From Candidatus Eiseniibacteriota bacterium (lineage in GTDB: Bacteria; Eisenbacteria; RBG-16-71-46): 42,846 nucleotides of DNA. The notes beneath the pieces are model-generated. The model was not told the origin of the DNA, did no database searches, and saw nothing but the letters and a program-made list of their open reading frames with translations. The stretch lies in NCBI GenBank assembly GCA_036845125.1, contig DAIUEO010000007.1, forward strand, positions 1 to 42,846, written 5' to 3'. The position numbers and the translations under genes were made by a program. Shown one piece after another: positions 1 to 7,634 of the stretch (positions are counted from its first letter, which is position 1; each line of letters opens with the position of its first letter).

Positions 1-15
1 TCGTGAGAAAGCACG

Positions 16-615
16 TTACATCACATCAGCCCTTTGTGAGACCACTTCTAGTGCGACTCGCTTTGCACGATCACCTTCAAATCCAAGGAGCGCAACGAGG
101 ACGGCCTCGTTCTCGTTCTCAGGACCCCGAAGATTGGCAAATCCGGGCAATGGCGCAATCCCGCGAATGTCCGCTGAGAGGAGAAACTCGGAGAGGGAGG
201 TCGGGCTCGGATGCTGCTTATACTTTCCTGGCTCCGCGTACATGACGTGGAAGGTTTCAAGGGCAGACAATCCAGCACGAACGAGCGGTGCCCATACACC
301 ATGCGGCACTCCAGAAATGTCGACGTATGCAACCCGGAACTCGGAGATCATATTCACGAGCGCCCCCTGATCGTTGAGGGCAACCACCTGGGGAGCACCG
401 CCGTCCCGCCGGTAGGTCAGAGTTGTGCTCGTAACTTCAGTAATCTCGAAGCAGTTGCGAGACCGGTGCGCGGCGCAAATGTTCCAGATGGGGGCTCGAG
501 CCCGTGGTTCAGGACTTGGAGCGCTAAAGACATAGGCAGCGTCAGGAGAGAGATCGGACAATCCCGGACTCTGAAGACGCAAGGTCTTCCCAGCCGAAGG
601 GCGTCGCGGTGTCAC
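16..615 (-). CDS. Hypothetical protein (199 aa), last gene of the island operon; no motif recognised
   Basis: ORF track 16..615. GTG start 615-613 overlaps the TGA stop 614-612 of the upstream ATPase gene (GTGA), which suggests translational coupling. TAA stop at 18-16. Same low G+C as its neighbours. The first ~45 residues are Pro/Ser/Arg-rich, so the exact start is uncertain. Confidence 0.55.
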   Translation of the reverse strand: MTPRRPSAGKTLRLQSPGLSDLSPDAAYVFSAPSPEPRARAPIWNICAAHRSRNCFEITEVTSTTLTYRRDGGAPQVVALNDQGALVNMISEFRVAYVDISGVPHGVWAPLVRAGLSALETFHVMYAEPGKYKQHPSPTSLSEFLLSADIRGIAPLPGFANLRGPENENEAVLVALLGFEGDRAKRVALEVVSQRADVM

Positions 616-2522
616 TCCGGTGCGTCCGAGGACTCGTAAAAAGCTGAGAACATCGCCATTTGCTGGGGCAGTTCGTCGACTGACGCGGGCTGACGTCCCA
701 GGAGTGCCCCAAGGGCCCGCGAGGGATTCGTGAGAACCTCCAATAGGGTCTCAGCCGCAAACGTTGAACGTCGCTTCCTTCGATGTGAATACTCAAAGAA
801 TGGGGCAAAGATTGGGTGAAGGCGGAACTCGTCGTCGCGCATTTCGTGTTGCGACGTGGCCTTGGTGCGAGGCGTAGCCTCAAAGGCAAGATTGGCAACT
901 CCCTCGTTCAGCAGAGTGAGAACTCTGTCCCGAGCATCTGCGCCGCCTGTTACAACGAAGGAGTTCCGCTCAGGACTCTTTCCCACGGGGTCTCTGGCAA
1001 ATTCGAAAAACACTTTTCCCAGAGCCAGGACAAGCCGCTTGATCTCCGAACCGTGATCCGTCAGTCCGTCGAGCTGATCAAGTCTACGCTTCCCTACAGT
1101 CCGCGCGGCCAGCGTTTGGTGCTTCGATGGTACCGAGCTTACGTTCATGAAGTTGCCATTGACGTCTGCAGTCAGCTCGCTCAGCGATTCATCTATCAGT
1201 TCTAGGAAGTACCTGATGTTTCCAGAGGCCAGGGCCACAAGGGTGCGAGCTCCCGCGTAGTACTTTCGAATCCGCGCACCCTTCCGCCCCTTCGATAACC
1301 AAAACAGGCTCGCGTACCCATAGTTACCGAGTCGTGTTGCCCACGCGTCTGGATCAGACATCCAACTTCCAGCGAGTGCCGTAATGCTCTCGGAAGTGCC
1401 CTCCGACCAATACTTCAGAAAGTAGATCTCGGTCGCGGGCATCCTCTCAGCCCACTCAACTAGCACTGTGTCTTTCGATGAAAGGATATTGGCCTTTACT
1501 TCGTCAGCAATGCGCTTGCAATCCAGGAGCTCAGCTTCTCGAGCGAAAGGCAACTCTGGCAGGAACTCGTCTAACGTCTCTGCGACATTGATACCTCTAC
1601 TTCGGGCGAGACCAAGACGATGTTCAACAACCTGGCGGGCAAAGAGCTCAAAGCTCTCCTCTGCAATATCGATTGCGACATAGTCATCTGGAGTCGACAG
1701 TACATCTGTGGTGTCAATTGTCGCTCGCGATCGAAGCCCGCCACGCTTGATGCCAATTTTGTACGACAGCGGTGGTTCAGAGTGCTTTATGTACGTATTC
1801 ACCAGTGCCTGTTGCGAATCGAGCAGGTTTTCATATTCATCAATACAGCAGAATATGTGGCGCCCCTGTAGGGGAGGGTGATTCCCGACGGTCTCAACGA
1901 AGGATCTCAGAGGCGCTTCCGCGATAGAGAGTATCGGCAACTCGAGACGGGACGGGTTGTTTACATATAGCTCGAGAGCTACAAGAGCCTCGGTAAGGGC
2001 TGGCAGCAGCTGCTCGGACCGGGCGCATTCGCGGATTCCAAACGTTGAGGCAAAGCCGCTGAGATCGAGGGCGAGTGATGCTTGACGGGACTCAAGCCAT
2101 TGCACCAGGCGGCAGAGTTCGATCGCGCATAACAGATTGAAATAGTGGGCGAAGACCTTGTCCCACCCCGACGGCGAAAGTCCCGGGCCCTGAAAGGCAA
2201 GGACACGGTTCTTGTTGATACGAAGGTAGATACCGTAATAGGCGACGGACTCCGGCGTGGCGTTCTGGTGGCCGCGGTCTATGTCCGATTGTGCTCGTGC
2301 GGCCGTCGCGTCGAATCTCATGGAGCGAAGAGTAGTGGTCTTTCCCGTACCTCTACCGCCTATCAAAAGACATGGCCGCGGGATTTCGAGCTTTGCGAAG
2401 TAAGGTGGTGCGATGAACAGTTTTGCAAACAGGTCGGAAGACCACTCAGCGCGATAGTCAGAAAAGAGGTCGCCAAGACCCCGCAGAGGCGTCGCGCCCT
2501 CCCCTAGTGCGGCCGCCGTCAT
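612..2522 (-). CDS. Large P-loop NTPase, 636 aa (AAA/ORC-Cdc6-like class suspected, unverified)
   Basis: ORF 612..2567. Walker A is LLIGGRGTGKTTTL and Walker B-like HIFCCIDEYENL lies about 190 residues later. Preferred start is ATG 2522-2520 (MTAAALGEG...), which overlaps the TGA 2521-2519 of the upstream ORF (ATGA). Confidence 0.85.
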   Translation of the reverse strand: MTAAALGEGATPLRGLGDLFSDYRAEWSSDLFAKLFIAPPYFAKLEIPRPCLLIGGRGTGKTTTLRSMRFDATAARAQSDIDRGHQNATPESVAYYGIYLRINKNRVLAFQGPGLSPSGWDKVFAHYFNLLCAIELCRLVQWLESRQASLALDLSGFASTFGIRECARSEQLLPALTEALVALELYVNNPSRLELPILSIAEAPLRSFVETVGNHPPLQGRHIFCCIDEYENLLDSQQALVNTYIKHSEPPLSYKIGIKRGGLRSRATIDTTDVLSTPDDYVAIDIAEESFELFARQVVEHRLGLARSRGINVAETLDEFLPELPFAREAELLDCKRIADEVKANILSSKDTVLVEWAERMPATEIYFLKYWSEGTSESITALAGSWMSDPDAWATRLGNYGYASLFWLSKGRKGARIRKYYAGARTLVALASGNIRYFLELIDESLSELTADVNGNFMNVSSVPSKHQTLAARTVGKRRLDQLDGLTDHGSEIKRLVLALGKVFFEFARDPVGKSPERNSFVVTGGADARDRVLTLLNEGVANLAFEATPRTKATSQHEMRDDEFRLHPIFAPFFEYSHRRKRRSTFAAETLLEVLTNPSRALGALLGRQPASVDELPQQMAMFSAFYESSDAPE

Positions 2523-3091
2523 TGTGGTCTCAGGAGCTGAGTCCAGTTGCCGATTCCCGGTGCCCACAATACGGGGAGAGTGCTATCAGGGACACCATGC
2601 TCGAAGGCCAGGGTGAGGCCGAGTGCGCTGAACCCAAAGAGCGGATGTTCGCCAACCTTCATGAAGGGTTCAAGCGTGAGCACCGCCGCATAACGTTGTA
2701 GGAACGATCTAAGAGTGGCCTGGAAATTTGAGATTGGTGGAGTTATCGAGGGTGAGTTGAGCGCTTGTACGGAGTACGTGAGATCAAGCACGTGGACCGG
2801 AAGTAGTGTGATAGGGATCGAGGCCGTAGTCACATTCTTGAGAGCAGTCTCGGTTGCAACGAGGGCGATACAGAAGACTGGAAAGCTTCGGAGGGCGTAG
2901 GCCTCCGCGAATGATTTCGGGGATGCAGAATTGTACGCGCGTCGCCATGTTTGTATTATCTGCTGACCGGTACCCAAGAAGTCGTCCACAAAGACAACGG
3001 GGGTTCCTGTTTGGACTTTGGACAGAGCCTCGCGTGGATCACAAAAACGGCCATCCTCGAGTTGTGCGACGGAACGGAGCTTCCGGCACAA
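2519..3091 (-). CDS. Phosphoribosyltransferase (PRTase)-like domain, C-terminal segment of an apparently frameshifted gene
   Basis: TPVVFVDDFLGTGQQ fits the PRPP-binding loop pattern of type I PRTases: hydrophobic run, two acidic residues, then T/S-G. The frame is open upstream of the TTG at 3091 back to a TAG at about 3151-3149. Stop is TGA 2521-2519. Confidence 0.65.
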   Translation of the reverse strand: MCRKLRSVAQLEDGRFCDPREALSKVQTGTPVVFVDDFLGTGQQIIQTWRRAYNSASPKSFAEAYALRSFPVFCIALVATETALKNVTTASIPITLLPVHVLDLTYSVQALNSPSITPPISNFQATLRSFLQRYAAVLTLEPFMKVGEHPLFGFSALGLTLAFEHGVPDSTLPVLWAPGIGNWTQLLRPQ

Positions 3092-3510
3092 GGTCTTGCC
3101 CGAGTCAGTGGGCGAGGATGCTCTCCCTCGACAGGAGTGAAGATCAAGCTATCAAGGAAAGCGCTCGGATCACCGCTTGAGGGTATTCGATTGGTGAGAA
3201 TGGCGTCCTCGAGACGTTGAAATGCGCACAACAGAAGACGATCGGAAGCGCGGTCGGAATAGAACACGAGATTGTCCAGCAGGACTGCCCCAAGAAGCCG
3301 GTCCTCGTTGTCTGCGAAATTGCCGAGCCAAGCGGATGGCCGGAGATTCGGCTCCTGTGACCACAGGCCTGCTCTCTTGAGGGCCTCAGCCTTTTCCATC
3401 ACGCTCTTGACGTAGAGGTCCGTGCGCACTTGAGCTCTGGAAAGGGGTGGCGTTGAAGGCACGACTCCTGAGCGACGTGGGAGAGTACCGCGGCGAACAA
3501 GAGCCTTCAA
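2956..3510 (-). CDS. N-terminal segment of the same PRTase-like gene (184-aa ORF)
   Basis: The first ~130 residues look protein-like (…WLGNFADNEDRLLGAVLLDNLVFYSDRASDRLLLCAFQRLEDAI…). The last ~55 residues are R/P/S/C-rich and look out of frame. It overlaps the next ORF by 136 nt in another frame. The start is uncertain: TTG 3510 or ATG 3399. Confidence 0.5.
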   Translation of the reverse strand: MKALVRRGTLPRRSGVVPSTPPLSRAQVRTDLYVKSVMEKAEALKRAGLWSQEPNLRPSAWLGNFADNEDRLLGAVLLDNLVFYSDRASDRLLLCAFQRLEDAILTNRIPSSGDPSAFLDSLIFTPVEGEHPRPLTRARPCAGSSVPSHNSRMAVFVIHARLCPKSKQEPPLSLWTTSWVPVSR

Positions 3511-3656
3511 ATGCTTAGGGACCCTGGCCTAGCGCAAGGGAGCTTTCTGCACTTCAGGACAGCATGCGCTTGAAAACCTTCCTGCGCGCGCTCCGGAGGG
3601 TACGGGTCCCTGGGACCGAACCGAACCGACCGCGTCGCCCCATTGAAAGGCAGAGC

Positions 3657-4204
3657 ATGCCGCTAACCACGATCGATCCCACCGCCGCCCTGGTCGTCAT
3701 CGACCTGCAGAAGGGCATTGTTGGGCTGCCGCTCGCACATCCGGCGGGCGAGGTCGTCCAGCGTGCCGATCGGCTGGCCAGCGCATTCCGCGCGCGTCGA
3801 TTGCCGGTCGTGCTCGTGAACGTGACCGGCGGCGCGCCGGGCCGCACTGATGCGGGGATGCCCGGGGCGCGCGCCCTCCGGATTGGGCGGAGCTCGTTCC
3901 CGAGCTGGAGCGGCACCCGGACGATCTCCTCATCAGCAAGCAGCGGTGGGGTGCGTTTCTCGGTACGACACTCGATGCCGATCTGCGGCAGCGTGGTGTC
4001 ACGCAGATCTTTCTCGTGGGGATCTCGACCACACGCGGCGTGGAGTCCACGGCGCGCAGCGCCTTCGAGCTGGGCTACAACGTGGTGCTGGTCGTGGACG
4101 CGATGACCGATCGCAACGGTGAAGCGCATCGCAACAGCGTCGCCAACGTCTTCCCCTCGCTGGGTGAGATCACCACGTGTGATGAGGTGCTGAAGCGGCT
4201 GTAG
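3657..4204 (+). pseudogene. Isochorismatase-family cysteine hydrolase, disrupted by a frameshift
   Basis: The N-terminal part (MPLTTIDPTAALVVIDLQKG…VVLVNVTGG) lies in the frame of ORF 3564..4106. The C-terminal part (RPPDWAELVPELERHPDDLLISKQRWGAFLGTTLDADLRQRGVTQIFLVGISTTRGVESTARSAFELGYNVVLVVDA…) lies in the frame of ORF 4016..4204, which is open from 3851. The frames switch within the GCGCGCGC run at 3867-3874. ATG 3657 is preceded by GAAAGG. Confidence 0.7.
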
Positions 4205-4211
4205 TGGTGCG

Positions 4212-4919
4212 TCACAGCTCCCGGCGTTTGCGGAACACCGAGGTTTGGCGGCGGGAGAATTCCACCGTGCCGCCGCCGCGCAGCCGGGCGATCAGCTCGC
4301 CGCGCACGCCGGTGTCGAAGCCCTCGACGTGATCGAGATTCACGATCGCGGCACGGCTTGCGCGGAAGAAGCGGTCGGGGTCGAGGCGGCGCTCGAGGGC
4401 GGCCATCGAATGGAGTAGCAGCGGGTGATTCTCGCCGAAATGGAGCTGCACGTAATTGCCGGCGGCTTCGATCCAGGCGACGTCCCGCAGGCGGACGAGC
4501 ACGGCACTCAGGCCGTCGCGCACCAGCAGCGGGCGGTCGGGGTCGAGCCACTCGCTGGGCGGAGCGGCGGTCACCCGCTCGCGTACCCGGCCCAGGGCGG
4601 CAGCGAGGCGCGCGGGAGCGATCGGCTTGAGCAGGTAGTCGATCGCTCCAACCTCGAACGCGTGGAGCGCGTGCTCGTCGTAGGCCGTGGTGAACACGAC
4701 CTGCGGCGCATCCTCCAGCGACTCGAGCAGCTCGAAGCCGGTGCGCTGGGGCATCTGGATGTCGAGGAACATCAGCTCGGGGGCGAGCGTCGCCATCGCG
4801 CGCTCGGCCTCGACGGCGCTTCCGGCTTCGCCGACGACCTCGATCTCGGGATGCGCGGCCAGCAGCCGGCGCAGCTCGCGACGCGCGAGAGGCTCGTCGT
4901 CGACGATCAGCGCCTTCAC
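4212..4919 (-). CDS. LytR/AlgR-family response regulator (receiver plus LytTR DNA-binding domain), 235 aa
   Basis: VKALIVDDEPLARRELRRLL…FLDIQMP is the receiver domain. The C-terminal …IEAAGNYVQLH…RASRAAIVNLDHV is LytTR-like. The GTG start overlaps the kinase stop (GTGA at 4916-4919). Confidence 0.9.
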   Translation of the reverse strand: MKALIVDDEPLARRELRRLLAAHPEIEVVGEAGSAVEAERAMATLAPELMFLDIQMPQRTGFELLESLEDAPQVVFTTAYDEHALHAFEVGAIDYLLKPIAPARLAAALGRVRERVTAAPPSEWLDPDRPLLVRDGLSAVLVRLRDVAWIEAAGNYVQLHFGENHPLLLHSMAALERRLDPDRFFRASRAAIVNLDHVEGFDTGVRGELIARLRGGGTVEFSRRQTSVFRKRREL

Positions 4920-5962
4920 GCGGGAGCACCCGCAGGCAGCGTGACCTCGGCCACGACGTGGCCATCGTGCTCGGCGAGCGCAAACGCGCTGCGCGCGCCG
5001 TAGATGAGCTGGAGGCGGCTCTTCGCGTTGGCGAGGCCGACGCCGGTATCCGCGGCTTTCCCCAAGCGTCCGGGGTTGGTGACGCGCAATCGCACGAGGT
5101 CGCCTTCGCGCCACGCCTTCACGTTCACTTCGCCGCCCCTCTCCCGCGCCGCGATGCCGTGCTTCACGGCGTTCTCGACCAGGGTCTGCAGCAGCATCGG
5201 CGGCAGGCGCGTCGCGCGCACCGCCTCGTCGGCCTCGATGCTCCACGTGAGCCGGTTCTCGAAGCGGGCGGACTCCACCCGCAGGTAGCTCTCGACCGCC
5301 GTCAGCTCTTCGCTCAGCGGCACCTGCTCGCGCCGGCCGGCCTGGAGCGCGTAGCGCAACAGCTCCGACAGCTCGGTGACGAGCTCGCGCGCGCGCGCGG
5401 GATCCTCGGGGATCAGCGCGCGCAGCACGTTCAGCGCGTTGAACAGGAAGTGTGGCTGGATCTGCGAGTGGAGCGCCTGGAGCTGGGTGTCGCGCGCAAC
5501 CACCTCGAACCGCAGACGCTGGATCTCGCTGTCGCGCCAGCGCGCGAACCACTGGGCGCCGATGTAGATCGCGGTCCATAGCAGCAGTGTGAAGATCCAG
5601 TTGAACGTGGTGGCGAACATCACCCCGGGCGTGCTGGTCTTCATTGTGTAGCCGCGGGTCACGAACAGCCCGACCGCCCACACCAGGAGCTCGGCAATGA
5701 CCGCCGCGACCACGACGCCCAGGACGAGGCGCGGCAGCAGCCTGCCGAAGCCGAGCCCGAGCCAGCCGCGTCGCAGCACGACGCCGCGCCAGAGGTGCGA
5801 GACCACTCCTCCGATCGTGGCGCCGAGCAGCGTGGTCGCATCCATCCGTACGCTGCCGTAGCCGAACGCACGGGACATCGCGACCCCGAGCAGTCCATAG
5901 GCGCCCCAGCCGAGAATCTGACACAGCACGTAGGCGCGGCTTACGCGCGGCACTTCGTTCAT
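4916..5962 (-). CDS. LytS/YehU-type sensor histidine kinase with N-terminal transmembrane segments, 348 aa
   Basis: …LQALHSQIQPHFLFNALNVLRALI… is the His_kinase-type H box. The HATPase region is LLQTLVENAVKHGI…GVGLAN. ATG 5962-5960 overlaps the upstream stop (ATGA). Confidence 0.9.
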   Translation of the reverse strand: MNEVPRVSRAYVLCQILGWGAYGLLGVAMSRAFGYGSVRMDATTLLGATIGGVVSHLWRGVVLRRGWLGLGFGRLLPRLVLGVVVAAVIAELLVWAVGLFVTRGYTMKTSTPGVMFATTFNWIFTLLLWTAIYIGAQWFARWRDSEIQRLRFEVVARDTQLQALHSQIQPHFLFNALNVLRALIPEDPARARELVTELSELLRYALQAGRREQVPLSEELTAVESYLRVESARFENRLTWSIEADEAVRATRLPPMLLQTLVENAVKHGIAARERGGEVNVKAWREGDLVRLRVTNPGRLGKAADTGVGLANAKSRLQLIYGARSAFALAEHDGHVVAEVTLPAGAPA

Positions 5963-6570
5963 GCAGGCGCCCCCGCGTGCGCGGTCAGCCGGCGCGCATG
6001 GAACAACAGCGCCGGCGCGGCCGCGAGATAGCAGGCGCTGACGTAGAACAGCACCGGCGAGAACGAATCGCGCCCGAGTGCGATCGCGAGTGCATACGCC
6101 CCGACCGAAACTCCGACTCCGAGGAAGATGTAGACCGGCGTGCGGTGGAGCCAGGCGTAGGGCAGGAAGTGTCCGCCGCCGACGGCCACCAGCGCCGCCG
6201 GCACGTAGGCGGGCTCGAGCGAGTAGACGAGCAGCACCGCCGGAAGCGCCACGATCTGCGACATCGCGAGCTGGATCGCCAGCGGCCGAAGCCGGTCCCC
6301 CTGCGAGGGCCGCGCGCGGAGCTTCCGCTCGAGCAGGAACGCGAGCGGCAACGCGAGGTTGCCCTGGAACAGCGTGATCAGCGCGGCCACGCGCACCGGA
6401 AGCATCTGACCGAGCACGGCGCAGATCGCGAGCGTCAGTCCGAAGGCGATCAGGAACGGCGCGCCACCGGCCGAGCTGGCGCTCACGTCGTCCAGCGCCC
6501 GTTCGATGTCGTCCATCGGCTTCCTCGTCACCGGCGGGGCCGCGCTCTCGACGGCGCTCAGGACGTTCAT
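5959..6570 (-). CDS. Integral membrane protein of unknown function, 203 aa
   Basis: This is the tail of ORF 5959..7320. It has several hydrophobic helices (FLIAFGLTLAICAVLGQMLPV…, IVALPAVLLVYSL…, VYIFLGVGVSVGAYALAIAL…). ATG 6570-6568 overlaps the TGA of the upstream hydrolase gene, and its own stop overlaps the kinase ATG. Confidence 0.6.
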   Translation of the reverse strand: MNVLSAVESAAPPVTRKPMDDIERALDDVSASSAGGAPFLIAFGLTLAICAVLGQMLPVRVAALITLFQGNLALPLAFLLERKLRARPSQGDRLRPLAIQLAMSQIVALPAVLLVYSLEPAYVPAALVAVGGGHFLPYAWLHRTPVYIFLGVGVSVGAYALAIALGRDSFSPVLFYVSACYLAAAPALLFHARRLTAHAGAPA

Positions 6571-7481
6571 TGCCCACCTCGGTTCGCCGCCGCAGCCTTG
6601 CCGCCGGCGAGGAATGCGTCCATCTGCGCCCACGTCCATTCTGGGGAGTCGAGCATCACGAAATGCCGCGCGGTGTCGGCCAGGGCCAGCGTGTAATTCG
6701 GTGCCTGCGCATACTGCCTGCGGAACGTAGCCTCGACCGCGGCGCGGGTCGAGTAATCCTTGTACGCGTACCACGAGCCCAGCACCAGCATGGGCGACCG
6801 CACGGCCGCGATCTTCGCGCGCAGGTCGCGCGTGCCGGTATCGAACATGGCGTCGGCGACCGACACCCGGTCCGCAGTCGTGGCCCACTCGACCACGCGC
6901 TCGTAATTGGGGCCGGGCGCCACCATGGATCGCAGCCACGGCGCCTGGCGCTGATACGCGGCGTAGGACTCCTGACTCTGACCGGCGATCATCTTGCGCA
7001 TCGGTTCCATCTGGGCACGCGCCGACTGTTCGGTGGCATTGGTGTCTCCGGCCGCGCCCAGGAACGGCAGCGCGTCCACGATCACCAGCGGACCGATCCG
7101 GGTCGGCGCCACGATTGCCATCTCCATCGCCAGTGTGCCGCCAAGCGAATGGCCGACGATCACCGGAGCCTCGAGCCGGGCGGTGCGCAGGTAGGCGAGC
7201 AGTGAATCCCGCGCCGAATCCAGGAACGGACCGTCGAAACGCGGCTTGCCCCCGAACCCGCCGAGCGTCACGACGTGGCACTCGTAGCGGCTCTGGAAGT
7301 GGGCCACGGCATCCCGCCACACGTCACCGCCGCAGGTGAGCCCGGGGATCAGCACCATGGGCCGGCCTTTGCCTGAGACCTCGACCTTGAGCACCGGGTT
7401 CTCGAAGACGCGCGGGGTCGGGGTCGCGGCGTTGGCGGTGACGGAGATGAGCAGCGCGGCAATCGTCAGATGGAGTTTCAT
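6567..7481 (-). CDS. Secreted alpha/beta-fold hydrolase, 304 aa
   Basis: Signal peptide [18 protein letters not shown]. Nucleophile elbow [12 protein letters not shown] 7481 is preceded by AAGGAGG. Confidence 0.85.
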   Translation of the reverse strand: MKLHLTIAALLISVTANAATPTPRVFENPVLKVEVSGKGRPMVLIPGLTCGGDVWRDAVAHFQSRYECHVVTLGGFGGKPRFDGPFLDSARDSLLAYLRTARLEAPVIVGHSLGGTLAMEMAIVAPTRIGPLVIVDALPFLGAAGDTNATEQSARAQMEPMRKMIAGQSQESYAAYQRQAPWLRSMVAPGPNYERVVEWATTADRVSVADAMFDTGTRDLRAKIAAVRSPMLVLGSWYAYKDYSTRAAVEATFRRQYAQAPNYTLALADTARHFVMLDSPEWTWAQMDAFLAGGKAAAANRGGQ

Positions 7482-7634
7482 CGGAAGCCTCCTTCGGTTG
7501 AGGGACACGAGCATTCAACGCGAGAAGGCGGCGCCGGGGTGCGCGAATGGGACGAGCGGTCGCGGGGGCAGGACGAGCGGTCGCCGCAAAGGGTGGAGCG
7601 TCGCGACGGAAGGCTCGTGCTAGGCTGCCGGGCC

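Larger units (their letters stand above)
1..3540. other. Low-G+C compositional island, continuing off the left edge of the window
   Basis: Hand counts of sample 60-nt lines give about 43-55% G+C inside 1-3500 and about 70-78% after 3600. All convincing ORFs inside are on the minus strand and form one operon. The switch falls in the 3511-3656 spacer. Confidence 0.7.

Noticed and set aside
3605-3617. GGTCCC-T-GGGACC palindrome near the island border
   Set aside because: It is short, GC-rich and a single copy. I found no matching repeat at a second site that would make it an att-like or operator element.
3850-4122. 90-aa plus-strand ORF in the third frame of the isochorismatase region
   Set aside because: The two other frames together reconstruct a family-like protein. 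This frame gives R/G/A-rich sequence with no similarity pattern.
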